Positions 17,707 through 26,602 of a stretch of DNA of 64,000 nt are shown piece after piece. The notes under the pieces were generated by a model that made no database searches, was not told the DNA's origin, and was given only the letters and a program-made list of their open reading frames with translations. The position numbers were made by a program, and so were the translations under genes. Source of the DNA: Gemmatimonadaceae bacterium (GTDB taxonomy: Bacteria; Gemmatimonadota; Gemmatimonadetes; Gemmatimonadales; Gemmatimonadaceae); NCBI GenBank assembly GCA_031366985.1, contig JANLPE010000073.1:57701-121700 (forward strand). The letters are read 5' to 3'. The number at the start of each line of letters is the position of its first letter. The first letter of the stretch is position 1.

Positions 17707-17960
17707 CGCGGTCGTGAGATCGGCGCAGTGACCCCGAGCAACAGCGAGATGAAGCCGACCAGAAACGCCGAGATCGCGGCGACACGGTAGGCGACATGAA
17801 CATAATGTTGATCGGTATCAGCGCCGCGCATTAGCAATACCTGATCCGTCACCACCCAAGCTGAATAGACGCCCGCAAAGGCCAGCCATCCAATTCCCGG
17901 CAAGAGAGCCGCTCCGACCACGCCGGCAAAAGCGATGGCCTCGGCACCAAGGGCAAGCAT
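17703..17960 (-). CDS. Hypothetical small membrane protein (or 3' fragment of a frameshifted one)
   Basis: 85 aa with 2-3 hydrophobic segments; more AT-rich than flanking genes. Confidence 0.4.
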   Translation of the reverse strand: MLALGAEAIAFAGVVGAALLPGIGWLAFAGVYSAWVVTDQVLLMRGADTDQHYVHVAYRVAAISAFLVGFISLLLGVTAPISRPR

Positions 17961-18229
17961 AAGGTCGTCCTTCTGGTCTTCACATGGGTCTCCGTCCTCT
18001 TCAAGAGCCAGAACACGATCAGCAAACCATCAGTCCAACGGCCGCCCGTGTTCCCAGCCTGCGAGTAGGCGCAATTTACTTTCAAACATGTTCACTGCTC
18101 CCCGTACGGGTCGTCCACAAAGATCCGACGCAATCGCGTCGCAGAGTTTACCAGATGCGTCCGTTAGTCTTCGGCCAGACCAGATAGACTCCCGATCATC
18201 GGTGCGAATTGCTGTCCAAGCAAACAGTT

Positions 18230-18864
18230 ATGTATGCGTCTTCGTTTACTATGGCGGCCTCGAGCTGCGCGCACCGCGCGGATCCCAAAGTCTCGAAAGA
18301 CTCGATGACGTCGTCGAAAGTTCGAGCACCATTTGCGCCGCTTTCGTGCGCGTCGTCTTGCGTGTGGCTGAGTTGAGCGTCGCTGATATAGCCACTAGGT
18401 CGCGAGCATTCGCGCGGAAAGTAACGCAGCACGCGTCTGACAGTCGCACAGCCGCGCGTCGCTCTCAAGAGATAGCTGACCGAATCATGCCGTAACGGCG
18501 CAGAAGCGTGCGCAACAATAGGGGATGTCGGGCATCGTAATCATGCACTTCGTCGGCCGCGAACGCACGGTGGCGCGCGAGCCGCGCAGCGCGGTGATGT
18601 GGGCCAACGATCCGTACTATCGTCGTCCGTGGGGCGCGTGGGGCGCGTGGGGCGCGTGGGTGGGGCACGATGTGGGAGCCGGCGCGATATCGCACAGATA
18701 TTACGGTCGTTGTCGAAACGCGTGTGTATTCACTGAAGCAAGACAAGCTGCTTTGGGCTGGCACCAGCGAAACGCAGAATCCGTCGGATGCGAACGCCGT
18801 GATCGCAGAACTTGCAACCCTTGTGTTGAAGGAGATGAAGAAGGCGGGCGTTCTCGCGAAGTAG
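18230..18864 (+). pseudogene. Degenerate DUF4136-like lipoprotein
   Basis: Pieces in several frames: RAQQ*GMSGIVIMHFVGRER...DPYYRRPWGAWGAW, a frameshift in the repeat, then TMWEPARYRTDITVVVETRVYSLKQDKLLWAGTSETQNP. The 5' boundary is uncertain. Confidence 0.6.
18629..18660 (+). repeat. 9-bp tandem repeat TGGGGCGCG x3 at the frameshift point
   Basis: tggggcgcg tggggcgcg tggggcgcg tggg. Confidence 0.85.
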
Positions 18865-18905
18865 CGGTGGGAATAGCGGGTGGCGAACAAGACGGCGTCG
18901 CCGGC

Positions 18906-19922
18906 CTATTTCGCCACCAACGCCTTCGATGTCAGAAACGTCACACTGTCGATTTCGAAGATCATCCGCTGTCCGGATTCCTCGCGGCCCGTCACAGATC
19001 CCGTACGCAGCTTCTTGAATGCGCCGAGCGCGGTCGCGAGTCGGGACGGGCTGACGTGCGCGGTATTGTGCGCCGGCAGCACGGTGGTCACGGACCGCGC
19101 GAGCGCCACGAGCTTCGTCATCGACGCCTCGTAACCATTGAGACTGGTCTCTGGCAGGTATAGCCAGATCGTGCCGTCGTAGTAGGTGTCTCCCGTCCAC
19201 ATCAGCTTGTTCGCACGATCGATCAGCGCGAGCGCGTCAGGCGTGTGCCCCGGTACATGCAGCACTTCGATGGCGCGGCCGCCAAGATCGATTACGTCAC
19301 CGTTCTTGACTACGCCGCTCGATTTCCAGGCCCGCGTGTGGAACGTCGCGGTGTCCAGTTCTGCGGGCGCCCCGTGACAGAACGCCGCCGCTTCAACTTC
19401 CATCGCCAGCGCCGCGTGCGGAAAGCCCGCCATGTTCGCGCGCGTGTACGAGATGTCCATCGCGAGCACATGATCGAACTCTGCGTTGCCGCCGACGTGA
19501 TCGTAGTGCGTATGCGAGTTGATCACGGTGATCGGCAGTGTCGTCAACTGTTCGACGACTGGTCGGATCGGCACCATGCCCAGTCCGGTGTCGAACAGGA
19601 GCGCCTGCTTCGCGCCGACGATGAGATACGAGATCACTTCCTGCAATTGATTCGGTTCTACGAGCGCGTAGACGCCCTCCGCCGCCTGATACACCTGGAA
19701 CCAATCGGAGCGCACCGATACCGTTGGCAACGCCGCGTTCGCGGCGCGTGGCAACTGTGCGCACCAGCTCTGCACGGACTGCATGGCCGGTGGCGTGCCC
19801 GACGACGTCGCGGTCTTCGCGGCCGACGATCCATCCGTGCCGTCGCGCGTCGTGCATGCGCCCACTATCACCGCGCACACGACCACGAGCGTGGCCGATG
19901 TCGCATCCCGTGAACGCCTCAT
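18906..19922 (-). CDS. MBL-fold metallo-hydrolase lipoprotein
   Basis: Lipobox VIVGAC, LFDTGLG, NSHTHYDH, HVPGHTPD, TGD, LPAH. Confidence 0.88.
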   Translation of the reverse strand: MRRSRDATSATLVVVCAVIVGACTTRDGTDGSSAAKTATSSGTPPAMQSVQSWCAQLPRAANAALPTVSVRSDWFQVYQAAEGVYALVEPNQLQEVISYLIVGAKQALLFDTGLGMVPIRPVVEQLTTLPITVINSHTHYDHVGGNAEFDHVLAMDISYTRANMAGFPHAALAMEVEAAAFCHGAPAELDTATFHTRAWKSSGVVKNGDVIDLGGRAIEVLHVPGHTPDALALIDRANKLMWTGDTYYDGTIWLYLPETSLNGYEASMTKLVALARSVTTVLPAHNTAHVSPSRLATALGAFKKLRTGSVTGREESGQRMIFEIDSVTFLTSKALVAK

Positions 19923-20062
19923 CACTTCGCTCCTTTTGGTCCAGTGTTCCAGTTCCCCATACTCCGCCGTCTCGGCGTGTGGGGGGCATCTACCTAGACT
20001 CGCTCGTGTGGGCCGTTCCCACAAGCGCTGGCCACCGGAGCGCGCGCGCGGCATCTTCCAGA

Positions 20063-20269
20063 ATGCAGCGGATACGAGCGACGCTTCGTGGCCTCGCACT
20101 GTCGGTGGCGTCTGCGTCGCTGCTGCGTCACGCACAACCGGCGGTAGATCATTCACCGCACACGGTGCGCATGATCGCCGTTGGTGCCACGCAGTTGCAG
20201 CTATTGGATTGGGGCGGCACTGGTGATGCCATCCCCGCATCATCACCGCGTTCGTCGCTCCCGCGCTAA
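20063..20269 (+). pseudogene. Alpha/beta hydrolase N-terminal fragment
   Basis: Signal peptide then DHSPHTVRMIAVGATQLQLLDWGGTG, the usual start of secreted alpha/beta hydrolases; the frame then turns unrelated and stops next to an IS110 remnant. Confidence 0.6.
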
Positions 20270-20395
20270 CTTCACGACAAGGCGCATTCGACTCACTCGC
20301 GGTCCGTGATCGAGCCGTCGCAGGTTTTCATCGCCAGCTGACTCTCGCGCTTGTGTCGATCCAGACCTATGCTCTTCGTTGTGACGGTTCTCCCG
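20243..20395 (-). mobile_element. IS110-family transposase N-terminal remnant
   Basis: TTKSIGLDRHKRESQLAMKTCDGSITDRE resembles the IGLDLHKRESQ start of IS110 DEDD transposases; GGAGA RBS upstream. Confidence 0.65.
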
Positions 20396-20565
20396 GTGTG
20401 CGCCCCGTCGGCAGGCGGTGCGTGCGTTGAAGGTCGTTGGGCGATGCAAGCCTCCACGAGTTCGCGGAGGGCCAGCCGCCGTCTCAGTCCAACTATCACG
20501 CGCTGCGAGGGCGTTGAGACAATCTCCGCGCGTGGTGGGGGAACAGCCAACATGCAGAGGCAGCT

Positions 20566-23370
20566 ATGCGACGGTTATTGCTGACGGTGTTCGTGCTCGG
20601 TACCGTCTCTTGCGGAGGTGGCGGCGACAACGGCCCGACCACTCCGCCCAGTGGCAACCCGCCGCCGGTGACGAACGGGACTCCAGCTACGATAATGGTG
20701 CAGTCCGGGGACGGGCAGCAGGCAGAGCCTGGCACAAACGTCTCGGTAAATCCAGTCGTGGCCGTCAAGAACGCGGCTGGCCTCGGGGTTGCTGGTATCA
20801 CTGTCGGGTTTGTCGTGGATTCGGGCGGCGGATCACTGCAGAATAGTTCGGCGGTCACCGCGTCGGACGGGACAGCGAGTCCTGGTGATTGGCGGCTCGG
20901 CGCCAGCGAAGGGCGCAACATCCTGAAGGTCACCGCCGGCACCTTGGCGCCGCTCCAGATCGCGGCGACGGCGATAGTATCCGGGGGGACTTTTCCTTTA
21001 ACCACGCTAGCGAGCAGCGGCGGGGCGGTCCTCGTCCGTCGACCGGGGCCGCTCAACGGCTTCTCGCTCAACGTCCCGGCCGGATCGTTCACCATGTCGA
21101 CCGCGTGGACCATCTCGTATCGATCGGCGTCGACCATCGCGAAAACAGCCGTCTTGAATCCGGTGTCACCGGTCATTCACCTCACCGGCACCGCGAGCAG
21201 CTATTCCGCCAAGCTGCTCACGCTCACCATTCCCGCGACGATTGCCGCCAACACGTTTCCCGTGATCGTTCTCCGCGATCCGAGCACCGGCCTAATCGAA
21301 GCGCTGCCAACGATTGGTTACGACAGCGTGTCGGTCACCGCGGTGACCCGACATCTCAACGCGGCATTCTTGCTCAAGAACTCCGCCACCCGGTCGGGGG
21401 GACTCGTTGGATCTGCCGCGATACGTACCGGCGGATATGACGTCGAGGTGGTCGTCTCGACGCTGACGCGTGCGCAGCTCGATGCAGACATCGACACCGG
21501 ATTCCGCCCAGGTGTAGACGATTGGGGCTTTGAGAATCCTGGCACGTATTTCCAGCCGGAAGGCATCTGTCAAGGAATGACGCTCAGCGCGATGTGGTAC
21601 TTTGCCAATAAGAAGGCCGACGGTAATCTCTTTCATCGATTGGACCGCGCACTCGGCGTGCCACTCAGCAACCGTGGTGGAATTCGTTGGTCGTCGAAGG
21701 TCAACGCTGCGCAACCCCTCGGCGATATGGAAAAAGCGTTTGAGGCGGCGACCGAGTCGGCCAAGAATAGCCCTGGCGTCTCGGCCGGACAGATCCGATA
21801 CGACATGATCAAAGCACAGTTACTTATCACACAGCTTCCGCAGCTGGTGGTCGTCGCAGGCAACGACATAGCACATGCCGTGATGGCCTATCGCACGGCG
21901 GGCCTCAACACCTTTGTCACCGATCCCAACGTACCAGGAGGCCTCAACCAGACAGTACGCTTCGGCATCTCCGAGTTCGTTCCGTATTACATGGCATCGA
22001 CGACCGGCGCCGGTCCGCGTGTGCCGCTGCGCTATGTCGCGGGGATCGGGGCCAGTGCCCTATACGACTGGGGCAAGTTCCCCGATGAATACGCGCAGGC
22101 GGTCGACGGGACCATCGACGAGGCGGTCTTCCCGGTCACCGAAATGCGCAGCCGTTTCGGTGTGCTCTCCGACACGATCTATGTCGCGGACACGATGGCC
22201 ACTTGGATTCAATGTGCGGCGTGCCAGTCGTTCCCGGCGCCGCCAGGGCTCACGGGTACCTCGGGACCATTGGCGCAGCTGGAGCTGTTCCGAAATCTAG
22301 GCGGCAATCTGGCCTGGAGTCCCCGCGGCACGGCGCTCGTCAATCTGCTGAATCCGTCGACCTTCCCAAATCCTGGAGATTTCCGGTACGGCTACGTCAT
22401 CACGGGCAATGGCACCGACGGCGATCTCTGGATAGACTGGAAAACGTTCATCGTGCGCAAGCTGCAGGGGAGCATCACGCCCGCGGCACCCGCCGACATC
22501 GTCGGCAACCCGATCGCGCTCGCGATGAACGTCACGCCGAATAAGCTCCCCGCCAATGTGATCTATAAATGGGCGTTCGCCGACGGCGACGCGACCGTCA
22601 GCGTCAACAATAACAACACCGTGCAGCATGCGTTCCAGCGCGCGGGAGCGTATGCGATCACAGCCCAGATTCTCGACGGGAATACGCAGCAGCCGATAGC
22701 GAAGGCCAGTGCATCAGTCACGGTCGAATCGCCACAGGTCTACTGGAGGTTCACCTCTGCGACGACGACGATTAGCTCGGTGCAAGAACAATTACTCGGC
22801 TACGATGGTCGTTGGAAGGTTGACAGCACCATCCTGGCGCGAATGGCAAACGGTGGGAGTCAGGGCGGAATCAGGTTTGTTAGTGAGGCCTTCACGCCGA
22901 CTGGCGCTCCGCTGCGGACGGCGCCCATTGGGCTCTACCTGCTCGAAGGTGCGTCGATCAACTTGACGACGCTTGGCGATCCGCTCACGCTCAACACTTT
23001 CAGTCTAACCACATTCCCCAATGCTCCCTTGAGTCTGCCTGCAGCGCCTCAGGTGAGCGGCTGGAACTTGGTGCAACAAGCGGCACCCGTAAATGCGTTC
23101 TGCAACGGCGCTGAGGACGCCTACGTACTCGACGGTACAATCACGAATGGACATCTGACCGGACTGCGAGTTCCACTCTGCGTGCAGAGCACGCAGCAGA
23201 ATGTGAATGGGCGGCGTCTGATGTCGATGGATGCTGATGTGACGTTTGGGGCGACGAGCGCGACCGGCACGATCAGCGTGATCTACTACTTCTACGGCAA
23301 TGGCTCGCCTGCGAACTTCTTCCAGCGAACGGCGCGTCTCACGTTTTCGGCAACTCGTGTGACACAGTGA
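20566..23370 (+). CDS. Large surface lipoprotein: Big_1/invasin-like Ig domain, ZU5-like region, possible papain-like domain, PKD domain
   Basis: Lipobox TVSC; SGDGQQAEPG...TASDGTASPGDWRLG (Ig); GICQGM / HAVMAY / TDPN; YKWAFADGD...HAFQRAGAYAIT (PKD). Confidence 0.75.
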   Translation: MRRLLLTVFVLGTVSCGGGGDNGPTTPPSGNPPPVTNGTPATIMVQSGDGQQAEPGTNVSVNPVVAVKNAAGLGVAGITVGFVVDSGGGSLQNSSAVTASDGTASPGDWRLGASEGRNILKVTAGTLAPLQIAATAIVSGGTFPLTTLASSGGAVLVRRPGPLNGFSLNVPAGSFTMSTAWTISYRSASTIAKTAVLNPVSPVIHLTGTASSYSAKLLTLTIPATIAANTFPVIVLRDPSTGLIEALPTIGYDSVSVTAVTRHLNAAFLLKNSATRSGGLVGSAAIRTGGYDVEVVVSTLTRAQLDADIDTGFRPGVDDWGFENPGTYFQPEGICQGMTLSAMWYFANKKADGNLFHRLDRALGVPLSNRGGIRWSSKVNAAQPLGDMEKAFEAATESAKNSPGVSAGQIRYDMIKAQLLITQLPQLVVVAGNDIAHAVMAYRTAGLNTFVTDPNVPGGLNQTVRFGISEFVPYYMASTTGAGPRVPLRYVAGIGASALYDWGKFPDEYAQAVDGTIDEAVFPVTEMRSRFGVLSDTIYVADTMATWIQCAACQSFPAPPGLTGTSGPLAQLELFRNLGGNLAWSPRGTALVNLLNPSTFPNPGDFRYGYVITGNGTDGDLWIDWKTFIVRKLQGSITPAAPADIVGNPIALAMNVTPNKLPANVIYKWAFADGDATVSVNNNNTVQHAFQRAGAYAITAQILDGNTQQPIAKASASVTVESPQVYWRFTSATTTISSVQEQLLGYDGRWKVDSTILARMANGGSQGGIRFVSEAFTPTGAPLRTAPIGLYLLEGASINLTTLGDPLTLNTFSLTTFPNAPLSLPAAPQVSGWNLVQQAAPVNAFCNGAEDAYVLDGTITNGHLTGLRVPLCVQSTQQNVNGRRLMSMDADVTFGATSATGTISVIYYFYGNGSPANFFQRTARLTFSATRVTQ

Positions 23371-23476
23371 CACGTTGCCCTCGACGATAGTTTAAAGAAG
23401 CCCCGCAGTCCCCGGCGGATTTGTTATCAAAGCCCCGAAACCTCCGTTCAACCTTCCACATTCCCTTGGAACTCTG

Positions 23477-24727
23477 ATGCCTGTGCGCCCATCGACGACG
23501 ATCGCGGTTGTGCTCCTCGCCACAGTCGTAGCGCATACTGCGCTCGGCCAGACGTCGCCCGCCGCGAAGGCGTCCAGCGACTACCTCTACCTCTGGACCG
23601 CCTCGGCCGACAGTACGACGCCGGATTTTCTGGCCGTCGTCGACGTGCGCGCGAAGTCACCGCGCTACGGCACGCTGGTGACCACGGTGCCGGTACCCGG
23701 CGTTAACAACGGGCCACATCACAGCGAGCATGCGATGCCGGCCGACGGCCGCCTGTTCGTGAACGGCTTTGGCAGCGGTCAGTCGTTCATCTTCGACATG
23801 ACGAATCCCGCGAAGCCAAAGCTCGACGGGCAGTTCGGCGAGATCGCCGGCATGATGCATCCGCACAGTTTCCTGCGGCTGCCGAACGGCAATGTGCTCG
23901 CGACGTTTCAGATGCAACACGGTGCGACGGGGATGGTGCCGGGAGGTCTTGCCGAACTGACCAATCGCGGCGAACTCGTGCGCGCAGTGTCGGCCAATCG
24001 TCCCGGTGTCGATCCACGCGTCCGTCCGTACTCGGCGGCCATTGTGAAATCGCTGGACCGCATCGTGACGACGACGACTGATATGGATGGCAAGGACGAG
24101 ATCGCGACCGTCCAAGTGTGGCGCCTGTCGGACCTGTCGCTGATCAAGACCTTCGATCTGCCGAAGGGACCCAAGGGCAACGAGGGAACACTGACCGCCG
24201 AGCCGAGGCTGCTTAAAGACGGCAAGACGGTGCTGGTGTCGACGTTCCACTGCGGGCTCTACATAATGACGGGGCTCGAGGGCACCGCGCCGTCCGCGAA
24301 GTTCGTGTCGTCATTTCCGACGAAGCCCAAGACGTCGTGCGCAATTCCGGTGATTGCGAGCCACTACTATCTCGTCACGGTGCCCGCGTACAGCGCCGTG
24401 GTGAGCTTGGACATCTCCGATCCCTCCAAGCCGCGCGAGGTCTCACGTGCGGTGCTCAACGCCGCCGACGTGCCGCACTGGATCTCGCTCGAACCAAATC
24501 ATCAGCGCGTCGTCGTGACGGGCTATCAGGCTATGGACAGCAAGGTCGTGCTGCTCAACTTCGACGAAGCCACCGGCAAGCTTTCTGTCGATCAACGCTT
24601 TCGTGACAACGGCGCCAAGGAGTTCGGGATGCGCATGGACAACAAGACGTGGCCGCATGGCGGAAAGGCCGCGGGCATTCCGCACGGGGCCGTATTCAGC
24701 AACGCCACTGGGACCAAGTCACCGTGA
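23477..24727 (+). CDS. Secreted SBP56/methanethiol-oxidase-related beta-propeller protein
   Basis: Signal peptide; DFLAVVDVRAKSPRYGTLV, GPHHSEH, HPHSF, PHWI, terminal PHG. Confidence 0.7.
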   Translation: MPVRPSTTIAVVLLATVVAHTALGQTSPAAKASSDYLYLWTASADSTTPDFLAVVDVRAKSPRYGTLVTTVPVPGVNNGPHHSEHAMPADGRLFVNGFGSGQSFIFDMTNPAKPKLDGQFGEIAGMMHPHSFLRLPNGNVLATFQMQHGATGMVPGGLAELTNRGELVRAVSANRPGVDPRVRPYSAAIVKSLDRIVTTTTDMDGKDEIATVQVWRLSDLSLIKTFDLPKGPKGNEGTLTAEPRLLKDGKTVLVSTFHCGLYIMTGLEGTAPSAKFVSSFPTKPKTSCAIPVIASHYYLVTVPAYSAVVSLDISDPSKPREVSRAVLNAADVPHWISLEPNHQRVVVTGYQAMDSKVVLLNFDEATGKLSVDQRFRDNGAKEFGMRMDNKTWPHGGKAAGIPHGAVFSNATGTKSP

Positions 24728-24738
24728 GGCGGTATCCG

Positions 24739-25137
24739 ATGCCGCCACACGAGACGATGAATCTGGTCGTGCGCGGGATCGGCGCGTGGATGATCATGAT
24801 CGGGCTCTGGTTCACCTTCGCGCTGGTCATGTATGGATTCGCGATCTGGCGCGACGGCGGCGTGCTCGATCTCGGCACGGTGATCGCGAACTGTTTGGTT
24901 GGCCTGTATTCCGGCATGCTGCTGATGCAGTGCCGAGAGCGCGGGCGGGTGCTGGCGGTCAGACTGCTGTTTTGGGCCATCGGCTATAACGTCTTCATGA
25001 TTCTTCGCCCGAATCCCGTCGGCAACATCTCGACGCTCTCGCTCGTGCTCGTTGCACTCCTGAATGTGGCGTTGGTCGTCGTATTGCGACGGCCCGAAGC
25101 GCGTCGCATCTGTGCGCCGCCGCTGCCGCTCCCATGA
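24739..25137 (+). CDS. Hypothetical 4-TM membrane protein
   Basis: Four hydrophobic segments; stop overlaps the next ATG (ATGA 25134-25137). Confidence 0.6.
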   Translation: MPPHETMNLVVRGIGAWMIMIGLWFTFALVMYGFAIWRDGGVLDLGTVIANCLVGLYSGMLLMQCRERGRVLAVRLLFWAIGYNVFMILRPNPVGNISTLSLVLVALLNVALVVVLRRPEARRICAPPLPLP

Positions 25138-26369
25138 AGATGAACGATCGCCCGTTCGCGACCTCCCGAAGCGGTCGACGTCGCATCCTGCTGATCACCG
25201 CGCTCACAGTCCTCGCAGTGGCGGCGAGCAAGCCTTCGATGGCACGGCTTGTGTCAAAGCGCTCGGCACGCGCAGAGGGGCCGTTCATCGCGCACGCGAT
25301 CGACACCGGACTCACGGGCGGATATCAAGTCGTCGTGACGGACATGAATCACGACGGTAGGCCTGACATCCTCGCGATCGCCAGTGGATTGCACGAAGTC
25401 GACTGGTACGAGAATCCCACTTGGGTGAAGCACGTACTCGTGTCGGGCATCAACGCACCGATCAACGCCGCCGCGTATGACGTCGACGGCGACGGCATCC
25501 CCGAGATTGCACTCGCGCACGAATTCTCGAACGTGTACGCCGATGCGCGCGGTGCGCTCTCGATTCTTACACACGCGGCGGACGTTCGCGACCCGTGGTC
25601 CCGCCGCGATATCGATCACGTGCCCACGTCGCATCGCGTGCGATTCGTGGATCTCGACGGCAAGGGCACGAAGGTCCTCGTCAACTTCCCGCTCATCGGG
25701 GCTAAGGCCGTCGCACCGCAGTATCAGGACCATGTGCCCTTCCTGATGTATCGGCCCGGTGCGTGGTTGCGCGACACGATGAGCATGGCGGATGAAGGAG
25801 TGGTGCACGGCATCTGGGTCGACGCATGGGATGGCGGCGCACGCGAGGCGGTGCTGAGCGCGAGCTTCCTAGGCGTGTTCCTGCATCGCTACGTGACTGG
25901 TCGTTGGTCGCGCTCACCGGTCGTCAGCGGTGATCCGACGCCGTGGCCGAAGAGCGGCGCGAGCGACGTCGTCGTCGGTCATCAGGGTGCTGAACGATTC
26001 ATCGCCACGATCGAGCCGTGGCACGGCAACGAAGTTGTTGTCTATCGCGAAACGCGAGGGCGCTGGTCCCGCCATGTGATCGACTCCACGCTGATCGACG
26101 GACACTCGCTCATCGTCGCCGATGTCGACGGCAATGGGCACGACGAGATCTTCGCCGGCGAACGCGATGGGAATCGCAGCGTGTATCGCTATCGGCTGAC
26201 CGATCCGGGCAACGACGTCTGGACGAAGTCTACGCTCGACAATGGCGGGATGGCCGCGGCAGGATGCGCGAGCGCAGACCTCAACGGCGATCACCGCGTG
26301 GATATCGTGTGCATCGGCACTGCGACCGCGAATCTCAAGTGGTACGAAAATCACCTCACGTCGCGGTAG
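25134..26369 (+). CDS. FG-GAP/VCBS-repeat beta-propeller protein, aldos-2-ulose dehydratase propeller-like
   Basis: DMNHDGRPDI, WYENP, DVDGDGIPEI, SHRVRF, VHGI, IEPWHGNEVVVY, GHSLIVADVDGNG. Confidence 0.75.
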   Translation: MKMNDRPFATSRSGRRRILLITALTVLAVAASKPSMARLVSKRSARAEGPFIAHAIDTGLTGGYQVVVTDMNHDGRPDILAIASGLHEVDWYENPTWVKHVLVSGINAPINAAAYDVDGDGIPEIALAHEFSNVYADARGALSILTHAADVRDPWSRRDIDHVPTSHRVRFVDLDGKGTKVLVNFPLIGAKAVAPQYQDHVPFLMYRPGAWLRDTMSMADEGVVHGIWVDAWDGGAREAVLSASFLGVFLHRYVTGRWSRSPVVSGDPTPWPKSGASDVVVGHQGAERFIATIEPWHGNEVVVYRETRGRWSRHVIDSTLIDGHSLIVADVDGNGHDEIFAGERDGNRSVYRYRLTDPGNDVWTKSTLDNGGMAAAGCASADLNGDHRVDIVCIGTATANLKWYENHLTSR

Positions 26370-26602
26370 CCCGCGTCACCTACGGCCCCGAACCGCCTTT
26401 CCGACGGAAGCATGCAACTCACGTTCGTAAGCCTCACGGTGGTCGGCGAGCAGCACCCTGCGCGTGTCGGCGTACTGACCTCGCCGCTGGCGGTGCTTAT
26501 AGGCAATTGCGCACCATCGCGCGTCGTGAGAGACCAATGGACTGGAACGGTGCTTCCGTAGAGATTGACAGGCCCGTTGCTTTTCTCCAATCCGGACTAT
26601 CT

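Noticed and set aside
26565-26600. Perfect TTGACA hexamers at 26565 (and 32099) as sigma70 promoters
   Set aside because: No convincing -10 element at 16-18 bp spacing
26018-26602. Long N-terminal extension of the M28 ORF (similar ones for korA, korB, tesB, MBL, DUF1552)
   Set aside because: These overlap upstream genes or precede clear signal peptides or RBSs; they are artefacts of longest-ORF calling
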